DNA from: Lama guanicoe | Taxonomy: Eukaryota | DNA length: 64,000 nt | Direction: 5' to 3' | NCBI GenBank assembly: GCA_013239625.1 | Contig: MU054001.1 | Location: 2,796,151 to 2,860,150, forward strand | Shown: positions 36,591 to 49,600 of the stretch, piece after piece | Numbering within the stretch: the first letter of the stretch is position 1 | Layout: each line of letters opens with the position of its first letter | Made by a program: the position numbers and the translations under genes | Notes under the pieces: model-generated | The model's database searches: none | Told to the model about the DNA's origin: nothing | Seen by the model: the letters and a program-made list of their open reading frames with translations, nothing else

Positions 36591-39314
36591 CTGGGTTGTA
36601 AAATTTGATATCATAGGGAAGTGATAACCCCACTGGTTTGTGTCCTAGAGTCATTGCCAGGATTCCACATGTGGTTTAAGGAGGGAGGAGAATTTCCAGG
36701 TCCAAATTCTCTTCTTCTCTGTCATGCAACTGCTGTAAACTGCAACATTAGGGAGCTGTTCCTTTGGGTTCAGGATTTGTCTCTCAAGGCACTTGGTTCA
36801 GTGTTAGGCAAAAAGCTAAAACGAGCCACTCAGGGATAATTAACTTGGAGGGTCTATTTTGAGGGAGCGGAGTGCTGACAGGTGAGTGCACAGCCCTGCA
36901 AACTGAGCCTCCAGATGAGTAAGCTCTGAGACATTCCACACCACGAAGTGACCATCAGCCTCACTGTTATCAAAATCATTCTGACAAAAAGATTCTTCAT
37001 ATATATATAATCCTAAGCTCAGAGCATCGCCTCTAAAGGCCATGAGGACGTATGACCTTTCATGATGCCGAAGCAAGCACTGGCTCCCCTAGTAAGCAGA
37101 GATTTCCAGGGACCTACTCTGATTGTTTTTTCCTGAGTACTTTGGTTTCCTCATCTGTGAAAGGAAGATGGCAGAGGAAGCTGGTCTCTGATGGTCCTCT
37201 CTAAGGCAAGGTGGCCCCCTCAAATGCCTTTGGGTGAGGAACCCAAAGCAGCAGAGTGGGCCAGGTAGGGTCAGGGGCAAACTGGGAGAGATAAGAAATG
37301 CTTGAAGAGCTTCAAATTAGAAATAAAAAAAAAAAGAAGGCATGAAAGTATAGACCAGGCAATCTACCTCTGAAGGGCCAAGTTCGTCTTATGGGATGTC
37401 AGTTTGTAACCTTTGTCCTGTGATTTTCTTCTGGTGCTAAAAGTTTAATGCTCCAACGTTTGTTTTTGGGTGTAAGGAGAGAACTAAGATGAACCAGTAA
37501 GTGAAGACTGAAAATTCTTACTGAGAATGGGGAGTTATTTATAATTCCTGTTGGGAATTGGCAATTATACTGATTGTGGGGAGCAGTCTGGGTATCGGAG
37601 TAATTTATCCCTCTTCCTTTCCATCTTTCTTCCCATCCTATGCTTCTATTTCTTTTTCTACCTGCTTCATAGGGCCTTCTGTGATTTTCTTGGACAGGGC
37701 CAATAATTTCTGTTCAGTGATTCCTGCATTACATGGAGGCTTGGCAGAGGCCCAGAGAAATTGCATGTGAATAATGCTATGGCTCTGTGCCAAGTATAGT
37801 TGAATTTGTCACTGAGGATTTCCCATGGCCTGGACCACGTGTCCCTGTGGCACTCAGAGATGCTCAGTGATGAGCTAATATTCTTGGTGTGCAGGTGGAC
37901 TGGGAGCATGTGTCCCGGATACTAATCGAATGGCCTTGTTAGTGGTCCTCCTCATTTGCTCAATGTGGGGGCATTTTTCCAAATAATGCACTGGGCCCAG
38001 CATCCTTCTAGAAACTCCATGTAAGTCCCAGAGCCTGACACAGACCAGGCTGTGGTGCTTGACATAATAATCATTCTTGCTGCTTTCTCCTTCTGAGTAT
38101 GACCAAGTCTTGCCCGAGGGTGATGATGTTAGAGATTTGGGTTAAGCTTTGACTTTCTATTATTTTTGAAATAGTGGAAATGGTAAATACACTGAGAATT
38201 CTGCCACCAGCTAAGTTTAAATTTTTCATACAAATTGTGCCAAAAAGATGGTTTTAAATTATGCTATTCTGTATTCTAGTTTACTTCCTCTGTCCAACAG
38301 GACATGCCTAGGTCTAAGCCCACACAGCTAATTTCAGTTTGACCCTGATTAAAATTTCCTTTCAGCAAACCTGAGGAACAGCTGTCTCTCAGTGAATGGC
38401 CCCCAGCACACCCCAGCCACCCATCATCCCTAGAGGCCATTCCTCAGAAGCCAGCTGTTGTGAGTGAGAAGATGAAAGGTGTCAATCCCATTCATAATGC
38501 TTGTAATTTAGAGAAGCAACACGATTCTTTGTTTTAGGCTTTCAAGTTGAGCATGTAGTCACTGTGACTGGGGGAAGAGTCATCATTTCCATTCCTGCTG
38601 GATGGGGAGCGGGATCTGTCCGTCTCCTTGGTTAGAGGAGACCATCTTTGCTCCTGATATGCAGAGTGGGTTTATTTTGGAATGCCAGATTTTCTTTGTT
38701 CCTGTCTGTTTTTGTGGTTGTGGTGTTAAAGTCATCGCCATTTAATGAGTTAAATTATGGAGGGACAGGAGTTTCAAGTATCAGTGTGAGGCCCTGAAAG
38801 AGTTTCCCTGAGCCTCCAGATTAAGGCTAGTAAAGCTGACTAAGAAGAAGACAAGATTCCTGTTGCTCTAGTTATAGGAGAAGGGTGCTGTTAGTTTATA
38901 CATAGGAGTCTGGAGGCTTTCATTGTCTTTGTTTCTGACCTGGGTATCTTCTTTTAGTTCACACAGGTGGGTGTAATTTAAGGAGAAGTTTCTAGCACTT
39001 TATTTCATGTTATACTTTTTATCCATCCATCATCAATCCATTCTCCTCCTTCTTAATAATAACTAATATGTGTGGATTGAAGTACCATTTATGAAATATC
39101 CGTTATCTCATTCTGGGGGCTAAGGGAATTTGACTGATCAGGGCCAGTCGATGGTGAAGATGAACCCGAATCCCACAGCATAGTGTTCTACATGGTGTGC
39201 AAAGTCAAATCAAATTATAAGTTTAGGAGAGAGGTCTCAGGAATGCATCATTTTTAAAAAATCAAAAGTTTTAGGAAAACTAAAGATTTAAGTAAATAAA
39301 TAGCATATATTAAT

Positions 39315-39380
39315 CTATACACACCCACATATGTGTGTATGTATATGTGTGTGTGTATAAACATATATATGTATATAGTG
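39315..39380 (+). repeat. Mixed (TA)/(TG)/(CA) microsatellite
   Basis: ATATGTGTGTATGTATATGTGTGTGTGTATA. Confidence 0.8.
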
Positions 39381-39771
39381 AGGGAAGCAAAATCCTGAAC
39401 TAATTAACTAATTCATACTAAAGTGTAAATGAATTGACATACTTTTCCTCCCAGAGACATTCCTCCAAGCACACTTGTTTAAGAATGACTAGAAGGGCAG
39501 TGTTTGACCTGAGGAAATGGATAGCAAATGCTATAATTTTATGATTAATGTAATTATATTATTAATATAAAATAATATTATACACACACACACATACACT
39601 GGATAGTGTAATACAAGATGCAGTGTCAGGTTATTGAAAAAGATCATTTATCTCAGGCAAAAATATTACCTTTCCTATATTAGTCTTAAGTCACATGAAG
39701 TTTACACTTTTAGATGCATATCTGACAGCAAATTCTTCCTTGTTTTTATGTCATGATTAATTTGGAAATGT

Positions 39772-40230
39772 TGCATTCATTCATTCACTTAATAAGCACG
39801 TTGTGAGCATTTGTTACTAATCAGGCAATCTTCTGGAAACTGAGAGTATAAAGATCACTAAACCAAGCATTGCTTTCAAAGGAATATGACATGAAAGGGC
39901 CTAGAGAAATTTCTGAGTTATGGAATCCAAGATGGGATACACTTATTCTGGCTCAGGTGTGAAACTCTCATAGGGAAGGAAACATCTGAGCTGAGCTTTG
40001 AAGCATGGAGTCCACCACACAGAGTAGGAAGGGAAGGGTATTCAAGTCAGAAGAAAGAGCTTGTGAGGAGAGATATCAATTATAACATTTCATGTTACAA
40101 AAAGTTGTCAAAATAATTTTTTTACACACTCAACAGACTTACTGAGCATCTACAGTGTACCTGGCACACTGTCAGGCACTGGGAATACAAAAATCACTTA
40201 CACAGAAGCTCTGCTATCTGGAGACTTAGA
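39772..40230 (-). mobile_element. Two L2 fragments
   Basis: CATTCATTCATTCAC tail; TTACTGAGCATCTACAGTGTACCTGGCAC...GGCACTGGGAATACA. Confidence 0.75.
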
Positions 40231-40358
40231 ATCACAGACTGATGGGACTTTGAAGGATCTCAGCAATAATTTATTCTAGTGCTTCTTCAGATTCTGTGTT
40301 GCTGAATTCTAGGGGTTGTGCTTCTTAGGCTGCTAGTGAGGCAAAAAGATGTGAGCGT

Positions 40359-40740
40359 ATTTGTCAGTTCAGGCCAAGGTGTGCTGCAGTAACAAATGAC
40401 CCCCCAAATCTTAATGGCTTACAATAGTAAAGGTGTATTTCTCACTCATGTGACATGATCATTATAGATTAACTCTGGCTTTGCTTCATATTTTCTTCAT
40501 TCTGGAACCTACTGAAAGAAAAGCTCTTATATAAGACATGCTGGGCCCATTTCAGAGGGAAAAGAGTGGGGTGGGCCATGACTTTTAAAGCTTTTGCTTG
40601 GCAATAGCACCTGTCCCTTCTTCCTATACTCATTGGCTGAAAACAATATGGCCAAACCCAACATCAGTGCAACAAGGAAGTATATTCTTTCTCCAGGAGC
40701 ATGGGGAAAATATTTTGAGTAGTGATACAGTCTTCATCAT
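40359..40740 (-). mobile_element. MLT1 (K/L-like) LTR
   Basis: TGCTGCAGTAACAAATGACCCCCCAAATCTTAATGGCTTACAA...TTTCTCACTCATG. Confidence 0.75.
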
Positions 40741-40839
40741 AGAGTTTAGGAATTCCCTATTCTGGCTACAACTAGTGTATCTCCATGTCTAACTGTTTAA
40801 TAAATGGGACTCATATGCAACATTTTTCTTGAAGCAAGC

Positions 40840-41215
40840 ATGGCAAAGAATGTTAGATGTCCATTAAAACAGTTCTCCCCTTTCACAAGGTAGTCACCAC
40901 TCACTTAGCATCTAGGTGTGACTCTTATGTCTAGTTCTCACCAATGGAATGTATATAAAAATGTTATGGACTGATTTCAAGCCATAACTTTAAAAATGCA
41001 GGTGTATCCTTTCTCTATAACACCTCCTCCATTAGCACAGCAAGATGCAGACAATGGCAAAGCTAGGAGATGGCCTAGACACCAGAGGGAATCACAGTAT
41101 GTAAAAAACTGCCAGCTGTCCCACCCTGGATTGTAGGGTGAGTGAGAAAAAGGCTTCTCTTTTTTCTTTAGCCATGTACATTTTAGGGTCTATTTCTTGA
41201 AGCTGTTTAAACTCT
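40840..41215 (+). mobile_element. MLT1 (I/J-like) LTR
   Basis: AGTTCTCACCAATGGAATG...GAGTGAGAAAAAGGCTT...TTTAGCCA. Confidence 0.6.
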
Positions 41216-41424
41216 AAAGATTGTATCTGTTAAAAACAAATTTGGTCTCCTCTAATTCCCTCTGTGTTCCAAGAGGAAAGCAGAAGATTGGAGAGGGATG
41301 GCAATGTGCCTGTATTTACCCAGAGTTATTTTAGGATGAAGCTTTCAATGTAGGTCTCCAGACTTACAGGCCAGGGTTTCTGGGCTATATCCAGAAGTGA
41401 GGGAACATATGATTAAAATTCAGT

Positions 41425-41890
41425 TTCCAAATTGCTGGTTCATGCGATGATTCTGGTCCAAAGATGTGTCCCATGTTTCTTGCATAAAGTTTTAAAATAA
41501 TATGAATTAATTGCAAATATTTAAATATCAGGATATGGCATAAGAATGGTTAGGTTCCAAATTCTCTTTAAAAATCATAAGATTCGGGGATGCTGGCTCT
41601 ATATTCCCATGAGGGGAAAATTGGCTTCAGCTCCTCTCTCTTTAGATGGAGCATGTGCTCTCCAGTCCCTCAGGGTCTCCTCCATACCCTATTGTTTTCC
41701 TGCCTCAGAGGCACAGAATAAGTTGCCATTTATTGTGATGCTTACATATAGGCTAATAGTGAAGAGGAATGTAAATTTTTATGTTCCCATTGTTCCTATA
41801 AAAGACAGAATAATGAAGCAACAAGAGAGAAGTTTAGAAAAAAAATGGAGAGTATTTTTCTTTGGGAAAGTGAAGAACTGTGCCTACCCC
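41425..41890 (+). mobile_element. Charlie8/MER102-like hAT fragment reaching the transposase start
   Basis: TTTAGATGGAGCATGTGCTCTCCAG, AGTTGCCATTTAT, TTTCTTTGGGAAAGTGAAGAA; translation EKKWRVFFFGKVKN resembles Charlie8 QEKWERAYFFVEVKN. Confidence 0.7.
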
Positions 41891-42629
41891 AGCCCACTTC
41901 ACCTGTTTACATTACCCAAGTCCTCATGAGTATTTGGATTTCAGATACCTGGACTAGGGATTAAACATGGGGAAATGCCTTCTCTTCCCCTAAGGCATTG
42001 CTGAGCCAAGACAAGAGTTCTTTTCTGAGCCAGAGGTGCCATATATAGACTATCACCTACAGTGGTGTGGTGTGACCACTTCCTTTAGCCTCGCAGTGGG
42101 TGCCTACTGAGGGCAAGATGCCAAGACACAGGCCTGGACTAGTGGGAGAGCGAGGGGTCCACAGTGACTGAGATGGGGTTTCTGCTCTCCAGAGGCTAAG
42201 GAAGGTTTTAGGACCATGGTCTCAGCCTTACTTTCCCCTCCTCAGCAAGCAAGACAGACGACTTGCTCACAAGGGACTTCCCTCCCAAAGCCCACCCAGG
42301 GTGTGTGTGTCTTGTTGTAAAACTTTGGAATATTAGCTAGTGGTTTTCTGCTGTACCTCCTTTGAGCCCCTGTAACCTATCACTTAAAAGTCTTGCTTTC
42401 ATGGCTCCTAAAATGGCCAGCACACAAAGGGATGGTGTTTTGGCTTTTGCTGTTTGGAAGAATAGATGATCAGCTCTAGCAGAGATTCTAGACTGCAAGA
42501 CTAGGGAATATGCCCCTGCTTGGACACTGAAGCAGACCTCTGCCCATGCATGCCCTTCCTTTTGCTCATCACCCAGTCCAGAATTGTGTCACTCCTCCCC
42601 ATCCCTCATCCCTCTCCGCAGCCATTCCC

Positions 42630-42780
42630 GAGATCATTTTGTGTACATTTTGCTTGTTTAATGGCGTCCTTGTCTCTAGGTTGTGAGGCCTATGGGGGCA
42701 GGCACCTGGTCAACCTTGTTCACTGGGGTATCCTCAGCACAACAGAGACAGATCCAATGAACAAATGAGGTGAATTGGAT
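42630..42780 (+). mobile_element. L2 3' end
   Basis: CTAGGTTGTGAGGCCTATGGGGGCAGGCACCTGGTC...TTGTTCACTG...AATGAACAAATGA. Confidence 0.65.
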
Positions 42781-43614
42781 ACTGGTGGGTCTTTGATCAA
42801 AGGCCCTGTTCCTTGTCACATAAATCAGGTCCTGGGGCAAGTGGGGTGTAGGGTGAGGGTGGGGCAATGGAAGCACCACATAGATTAGGAGATCTGAGGG
42901 CAAAAGAGAACTGTGCTCCTTTGCAGGTAGAGACTGGGGAGGTAGAGACTCAGAAGTTTCCTGAGTGGGCGTAACTGCATGAAATGTCTGGGCAGACACA
43001 TCAGCCAATGGTGCGGGAGCAGAAGAATTCTTTGTGGGCACTCAGAGTCCTCTGGGTTTGTCTCAGAGAGCTGATGGAACTGGTAGGCCTTGGCACTGTG
43101 AGTGGAACCCCAGACAGGGGTGAGGAAATCTCACTGGGTACTGTCTTAAAGGGCAACACTGAGGACCAGGGCTGTGTCCCACCCCTCTCTAAGCCTTCCC
43201 ACTGCTGCCTCCTGTAGGACCTTCTACCCCTGTCCAGGTAAGCTGGGAGGACGGAGCAGCCCGGACTCAGCTGAAATGAAGTGTGTACAACCACTTCGTG
43301 AAATAGGGTCTATAGAGAAACAAACAAAACCAAACGTATTTCTTGCTCATCTGTGTTTATGGACTGAGATTTGTATTCCTAACACAGTTTTTCACAGCTG
43401 TATCTCCACCACTTTTTCTACCACTCATGGATCGCAAGTAAGAGTGATTTTGTTATAGGAATAAATGTAGATCCACTATAATTTATTTCTAAAAAAGTAA
43501 TGAATTCACAAATTTCCATAATTTGACTCTCATTTGTCAGGTTACTCATTATGCCCATTGCAACTGATTGTGAACATGTGTTCAAGACTTGCTGCTATTA
43601 TTATAGGAAAAAAA

Positions 43615-43750
43615 GTGCCAGAGAGAGCCCTGGGCTATGGATCACGAGAACTAGGTTCTGGTTACAGCTTTGCCAACTATTAGCTGTGGGCTCCTGGCAA
43701 GTTCTCTGTCCTTTCTGGGCTTCTGCCTTCTCATCAGATAATTATGAGAA
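43615..43750 (+). mobile_element. MIR fragment
   Basis: CTAGGTTCTGG...AGCTTTGCCA...TAGCTGTG...TCTGGGCTTC...TTCTCATC. Confidence 0.65.
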
Positions 43751-44278
43751 TGAAATGGCTGGTCAATTATGTGTGATTGTCATAACTGCATACTAACGGT
43801 GCTTTTACTTATGTAGTGATTTTTCTTTAATTCAACCAAGAATTTGAATATTTCTTATCATCCAGTGTGAGGAGCATTAGGGTGGGTGAACTTTGAATGT
43901 CCTTTCTCTCTGACATTCTGGTCAGTGCCCTGTGACTCTGAGAGGGAGAGACTGAACCACTTCTCAATTTCCTGTGGGCAGATGATCTGTTCAACCCACC
44001 ACCTGAGCGTTGGTGGGGCTGCCATCTTTTGTTCCCAAGGCATGGCTCTAGCCACAGGTGACTATTTTTAAATGGATAGATTCTTAGAAAATATTTGACA
44101 ACCTCACCTTTGTTAAACGTTCCCCCAAGGAATTTCAGCTGGGTCCCTGTTTTCTTGTTTACATTCTACCACTTCGAAAGTGCCACTTACCTTCATGGTG
44201 AGATGCAAATAGGAGTTCCTGACATTGCACGCTTCCGCTGAAATAAATGCATCGAAATAAGGGCGAGGATTTGGCAGC

Positions 44279-44297
44279 TATCCACTAGAGGGCAGCA
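44279..44297 (+). promoter_or_regulatory. CTCF binding motif
   Basis: TATCCACTAGAGGGCAGCA matches the CTCF core CCA(C/G)(C/T)AG(A/G)(G/T)GGC(A/G); several CpGs are retained just upstream. Confidence 0.7.
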
Positions 44298-47200
44298 GAG
44301 TAGTGAGAATGGGGGTTCTCAGAGGCTTTGTACACTGAAGTGTTGACATGTGACTTGGCAATTGAATAATTTTTGATACTGTCCTGACACATAAACACCT
44401 AGAAGCAGGTTTTCAAAGGTTATTTGTGCACTAAAAGAGGAATTAACAAAACGAACTTGCATGCCAAAAGTAATTTTCAATATTCTACAAAGAACCGTGG
44501 CCTCATTATGAGATTGCTTTCAGAGAATATTCAGCTATCGTTAACTGGATATGTTAAACTTAACTGGCAAACACACATTCAAAAATAAATCAGGCTGAAT
44601 GGGCCTAAAAAAGTAGATCCAGTGACTAATAAAAACTTCTGCTGGGATTTGGGGGCTGGCCAACTTACCCAAAGGAGAAATTTGGTTTTAAGTGACTTTT
44701 GTATGTCTCCCAGCCCTTGGTGCACCCAGATGTGTGGTACTAACATGGTTAAGCAATGGTGCACATACCACACAGTTGTGTGTGTTATTGTGGTAATTTA
44801 TTTCTAAGCTATTACTCTACCTTCAGCATAAAAAGTCAGCAAATTATCAGAGTTTATTCCATTGACATTCTCACACCTTGAGAAATAGCCCATTTGTATT
44901 ATCACAGTTTGATATATTTCCCATTTACTGAGCTTCTTTGGCAAGTTGGCATTTTAATTTAATTATACTTTTTGCTAATGGTCTTTATTTTTCAGTGTCT
45001 GTGTGTAAAATGCCCGTAGGTTTGATTATCCGCCCCCCTCCTCTTCCCAGTGCCAAGCTGCAGTGCAAATTTATAAACTGACAAAATTCAGTGTAAAATT
45101 CAGGGAGGTGAAATTAAGGAGTTTGTAAAGAAATCTTGCCTGAACCATGAGGCATTTTCTTCGCTTGCAGAGTGTGGCCCTGTCTTGCACACATTTAGTT
45201 CCCGGCTTTGGTGTCACTAAGAGGAACTGCAGCACAAAAGAAGATGGGACAAATGCTCATCCAGGTCAGAGAGCGGCAGGGGCCACCACGGGCTTGGACT
45301 CTTCATGGGGCCTCTTCTGTGCCTTGAGGGACCTGGCGACAACAGCAGTCCTACCTTCCTTGACTTCTTGGCGATGCTTAGCGCTGGCTGTGGCTTCTCC
45401 CTCAAGAATAAGCAATTGACCATGGAGGTGTGGAGCTCTTCTTGAAGGCTGGAGGCTGGCTGTGGAGTTTGTACGAGGCTCTCCCAGGGCTTCAGGGCTG
45501 CATTGGAGTGCATTTAGCAGTGAAGAGGAGCTAATGCATGGATGTACGCGGAGAGGGGCGTATACACTCCATACTCACATTCACATGAGCGTGTGCACCC
45601 TATTTCCTTGGTGCTAAGATGCCACTGACTGACAGACATACCACTGAGTCAATACCAGCCTTTCAGGGAACAAAAGGAAAAAAAGAAACACTGCCAGATT
45701 AAACATATACATCAACTGTGGGTCCATTCTAATTCCAGAAATACTAAAAGATGGAAAACAAAGGCTGGTTTTAAAATCTTAGAAATTCATCATGTATCAT
45801 CTTGATAGGTGTATTTAAGACAAAATCAGCTTTCAAAATATGTCCCAGGGTACAACTCAGCATCTGAGAATCTGTGTAACCATTGTCAAATTTACATGTC
45901 CTAACCCCCAAACAGGAGGGCAGTTCTTGTTCTAATACTCAGGGACGTAGGAATAAAAATGATGTGTGTCTGTGGAAGTCCTTTGTAAACTGTAAAGTGC
46001 ACTTTACTGTTTTTTGTTATTGTATTTCACTGGATATGTGTTATGTTTTATTTAGGGTTTCTTTTTTTTGCCTCAGTTTAATTTGCACACAAGAGCCTCA
46101 CTCTGACCTGTCCACATCACCCCGTTATACCTTCACCCGTCCCACCAGCTTGGATGACTTGCCTTATAGAAGTATGTGGACAAGAACCAATTCATTTAAT
46201 CAGTATATCAAAGCCTGGGACAATTTATTTGCCTGTTCTTGAAAAGACATCCATCCGCTCCTGCTGAGAATGCTGAGGAAAATAGGAGAGTTTTAATGGT
46301 AGAGGGTTTTCTGTTAAAACAGAGGAGTTGAGGGCTGGAGGAGGGAACTCATCAGGAGAGATCTTGGTGACACCAGTCAAGGGCCCAAGAACCATCCATT
46401 ACATACGCCGGAGAGGATGAGGACAGGATCCCAGCCACAGGAAAGATGCTGCCTGCTCCAGCGCCGGCAGGAAGGGAAAAAGGAGACAATTGAAGAACAG
46501 AGCGTGTTAATTACGTTACTCAGGGGATCTTATAAAACATGCTGTATATGTAAATTGATACAATGAATATGATTACCGCAGGATTTAATTTTCATACAGA
46601 GGAGCGAGGGAAAGGAGACAGGGGCTGAGATGCCACTCTGTCTTTTACGAATGGGAAGTCCTGCTCTTGTCTGTTAGCCTCTCCACTGGCCAGCCTCCTG
46701 AGATAACGCAGTCTGTCTCCCCTGTCCCTCCAGTTGCTACTCAGTTGTTTGTTTGAATGAATGAAATCCTTTTTGACCATGAAAATCAGAACATAAAGTC
46801 AGAGAGGTAATCGGCGCCAGGTCATAGGATGCCGGGATCTCTGGAAGGACTTGGAATCTTTCTGGCTACTCCCTGGTATAGAGACCTGATGGTCACAGTG
46901 GGGCCACAGGTAAGCAGGGAGCCCAGTTATCCTGCGACGAGCAGGACTGAGGGGAGGGATTTGACACTAAAGAGTGGGAGGGGAGGAGAGAAGGCACCAG
47001 ATTCTGATACATTTTTAAAGTATGGGAATTGACGTGGGTGTGACAAAAACACCAAAGGGAGGAAAGGACTGTGCCAAGGCTTCGGCCTGAGCCAAAGGAA
47101 GAATGGCACTGTCATTTTTCATGTGGGGAAAATATTTATTTAAAAAAATATGAACTGTAAAGTTCACACTAGCTAAAAGAGGAAACAAGTACTGCTGGGG

Positions 47201-48658
47201 ACAGAGTGAGGTGGACTGACAGAGAGTGAGAAATTCAGGGAAAGATGCAGAAGAGAGAGAGACTAAGAGAAAACAAGTGTAAAAACAGATTCAAACCCCT
47301 TGACAGATACTCGGTTGTACACTGCTGTGGATTCTGCTCGGCCTGGGAAGACATCTGTGCTTAATTATTCTCTAATTATTTTTGCACATATGTTATGCCT
47401 TCATTCGTGCATAAGACCATAAGTTCTTTGATAGCAGGATCCTCTCTGATTCTTTGACACATAGTACTCACTCAGTTAACACTTCCTAACTGTCTGGCTG
47501 GGGCAGACACAATAGCCCGAATCTGACTGATCTTCTTAAAGTAACTTGATGTATCTAATTAGGAGGGTGGGCCAGCATGAGAGGAAGCATTTGCCTTATT
47601 TTTACAAGATGGGATCCTCAGGTCTTAAAGTTCTCCCTCATGTTCTCGTGCCTGCAAAACAGCACATCTCTCCCCTTCTCACATTTAGAAGATGCTGTGT
47701 GGAATACATCCTTGTTGCCTTTGTCTAGCCTAAGGGTCTAAGAGAAGAAACCGTCCTGGCATCGTTTTCCTAGTGAAAACTCTGGCCTCAGAGTTGCTGA
47801 AACCTTAAAGAAAATAAGCAACAGGCTGCAGTTAAATGCAATCAGTCCTTTCTGTTTGTTTTTGTTTGCATTTGAGGGACCCATATTCAGTGACTGATGG
47901 GTGATAGATGGGCTGGTTCGAAGTCTGGTGCTTTGGGAGATACTTGACTATTTTACAAACCAGAGAAAATCTGTGTCACCTCCACTGTTCACTTTCATTG
48001 GGGAAGGAGATGCGGCAGTGGAATGATATAGTGATCAGAACTGGTGGTGCCTAGTGAGAGAAAAGAAAGATTCAGGTTTCTTTTTAGGTCATGATTTTGT
48101 CGTTCAATCATTTTTTAAAAAGAGCTGTGTCATTGGCCCTGGCGTGCTTCCCTCACTTTCAGGGACTTAGTGGAGGAAACAGGCAGACTCTCCTTGGGTT
48201 CCACGCCTTTGTTTGTCAGGGTTGGCTCCTCCTCGCTGACTGTCAGGGAGCCCTTTATACCCAACTTTTGGCCCAAATGATGTGTTGTGCATGAGGAAAA
48301 GAGAGTCCTAAGCAGCTTCATGAGCCAAAGCGTCATTAGGACCCTCATCACTGAGGGAATTGGGAGGCTCAGCCTTCCTGGGAAGTAGGGGGCTGTCTGG
48401 CCCACAGGGTCCTTGCTGTTTGGGCCTGGTAACTGTTGGCTACAAGAGGGAAATCCAAAAAAGCTAGTCTCCTTTGCTGATGGAGAAATCTTCCTCTGGT
48501 ACTGTGGTGCAAGAGCACGAAGTACCCAGCTTTTCTGGAACAGAAATAAAGGATCAAGCAGAAGAGACAGGAAGTTTGTTTTCTCTGCAATAGCTGTTAT
48601 TCCTTTGTGCCTAAAAGATATTCAGCACACACAAGTCTGTACAGTTACCTATCTGTAT

Positions 48659-49073
48659 TGTTGTGGATTGAATTATGCCCCTCCAAAATGATATGTTGAA
48701 GTCCTAAGCCCCAGCTCCTCCGAAGGTGAGCTCTTTGGAGATAGGGTCTTTAACCTCCAAAGGTTAAAATGAAGATGTTAGGGTGGCACTACTCTAATAT
48801 GACTGGCATCCTTATAAAAAGAGAAAATTTGGGCAGAGACAGACAAGTACGGATGGAGGACAATGGAAGAGACATAGAGAGAAGATGGCCCTCTGCAAGC
48901 CAAGGAGAGAGACCTAGGGCAGATCCTTTCCTCTCAGCCCCCAGAAGGAAGCAGTCCTGTGGATGCCTTGATTTTGGACTTCCAGCCTCCAGATCTGCGA
49001 GATGATGCATTTCTGTTGTTTAAGCCACTCAGTTTGTGATACTTTGTTATGGCAGCCTTAGCAAATTAATGTA
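48659..49073 (+). mobile_element. MLT1B solo LTR
   Basis: TGTTGTGGATTGAATT...ATGTTGAAGTCCTAA...ATCCTTATAAAAAGAG...GACTTCCAGCCTCCAGA...TTTGTTATGGCAGCCTTAGCAAATTAA. Confidence 0.9.
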
Positions 49074-49229
49074 ATTACCTATGGCATTTACTACGTCTTG
49101 GGCCATTCCATTGACTCCTTCCAACATATATCCATTGATTAGTTAATACGATCTTTAACTACATAGTGGTGCCAGGGTTATGTCCAAAGACAAATGAAAT
49201 AGACCACATCGGGACAGTTTATAATGGTG

Positions 49230-49490
49230 ACTCTGTGGATCAACAATTTGGGCTGGGATCAAGTGAGTATTTTTCTGGCAGTCTTGTCTAGGCTAACTCA
49301 CGTAACTTTCATCACAGTAGCTCAACTTTAGCTGGCAAATCTTAGACAAATTCATTCACAAGTCTGGCTGGTGGTTGGTATTGGCTGGGACAGGCAGGGT
49401 GGCTGTGACGATTGGATGACCATATGACCTTCTATCCTGAAGGAGATTAGCCTGGGCTTGTGCCTTATGTATCCAATGTAGGGTTCCAAG
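49230..49490 (-). mobile_element. MLT1 LTR fragment
   Basis: TCTGTGGATCAACAATTTGGGCTGGG...GGCTGGTGGTTGG...TAGCCTGGGCTTG. Confidence 0.55.
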
Positions 49491-49499
49491 AGCTTTATC

Positions 49500-49600
49500 C
49501 ACATTCTTAAAGATTTCCGTAGGATGGTTTCCCAGAAGTGAAATTGCTAGGTCAAAGGCCATGCATAGTTTAAGGCTTTGCCTGGATCTTACCAAAAATG
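49500..49600 (-). mobile_element. L1M fragment
   Basis: TTCCCAGAAGTGAAATTGCTAGGTCAAAGG. Confidence 0.6.

Noticed and set aside
45505..45540. Short stem TGCATTTAGC/GCTAATGCA
   Set aside because: Too short, does not extend, and is expected by chance.
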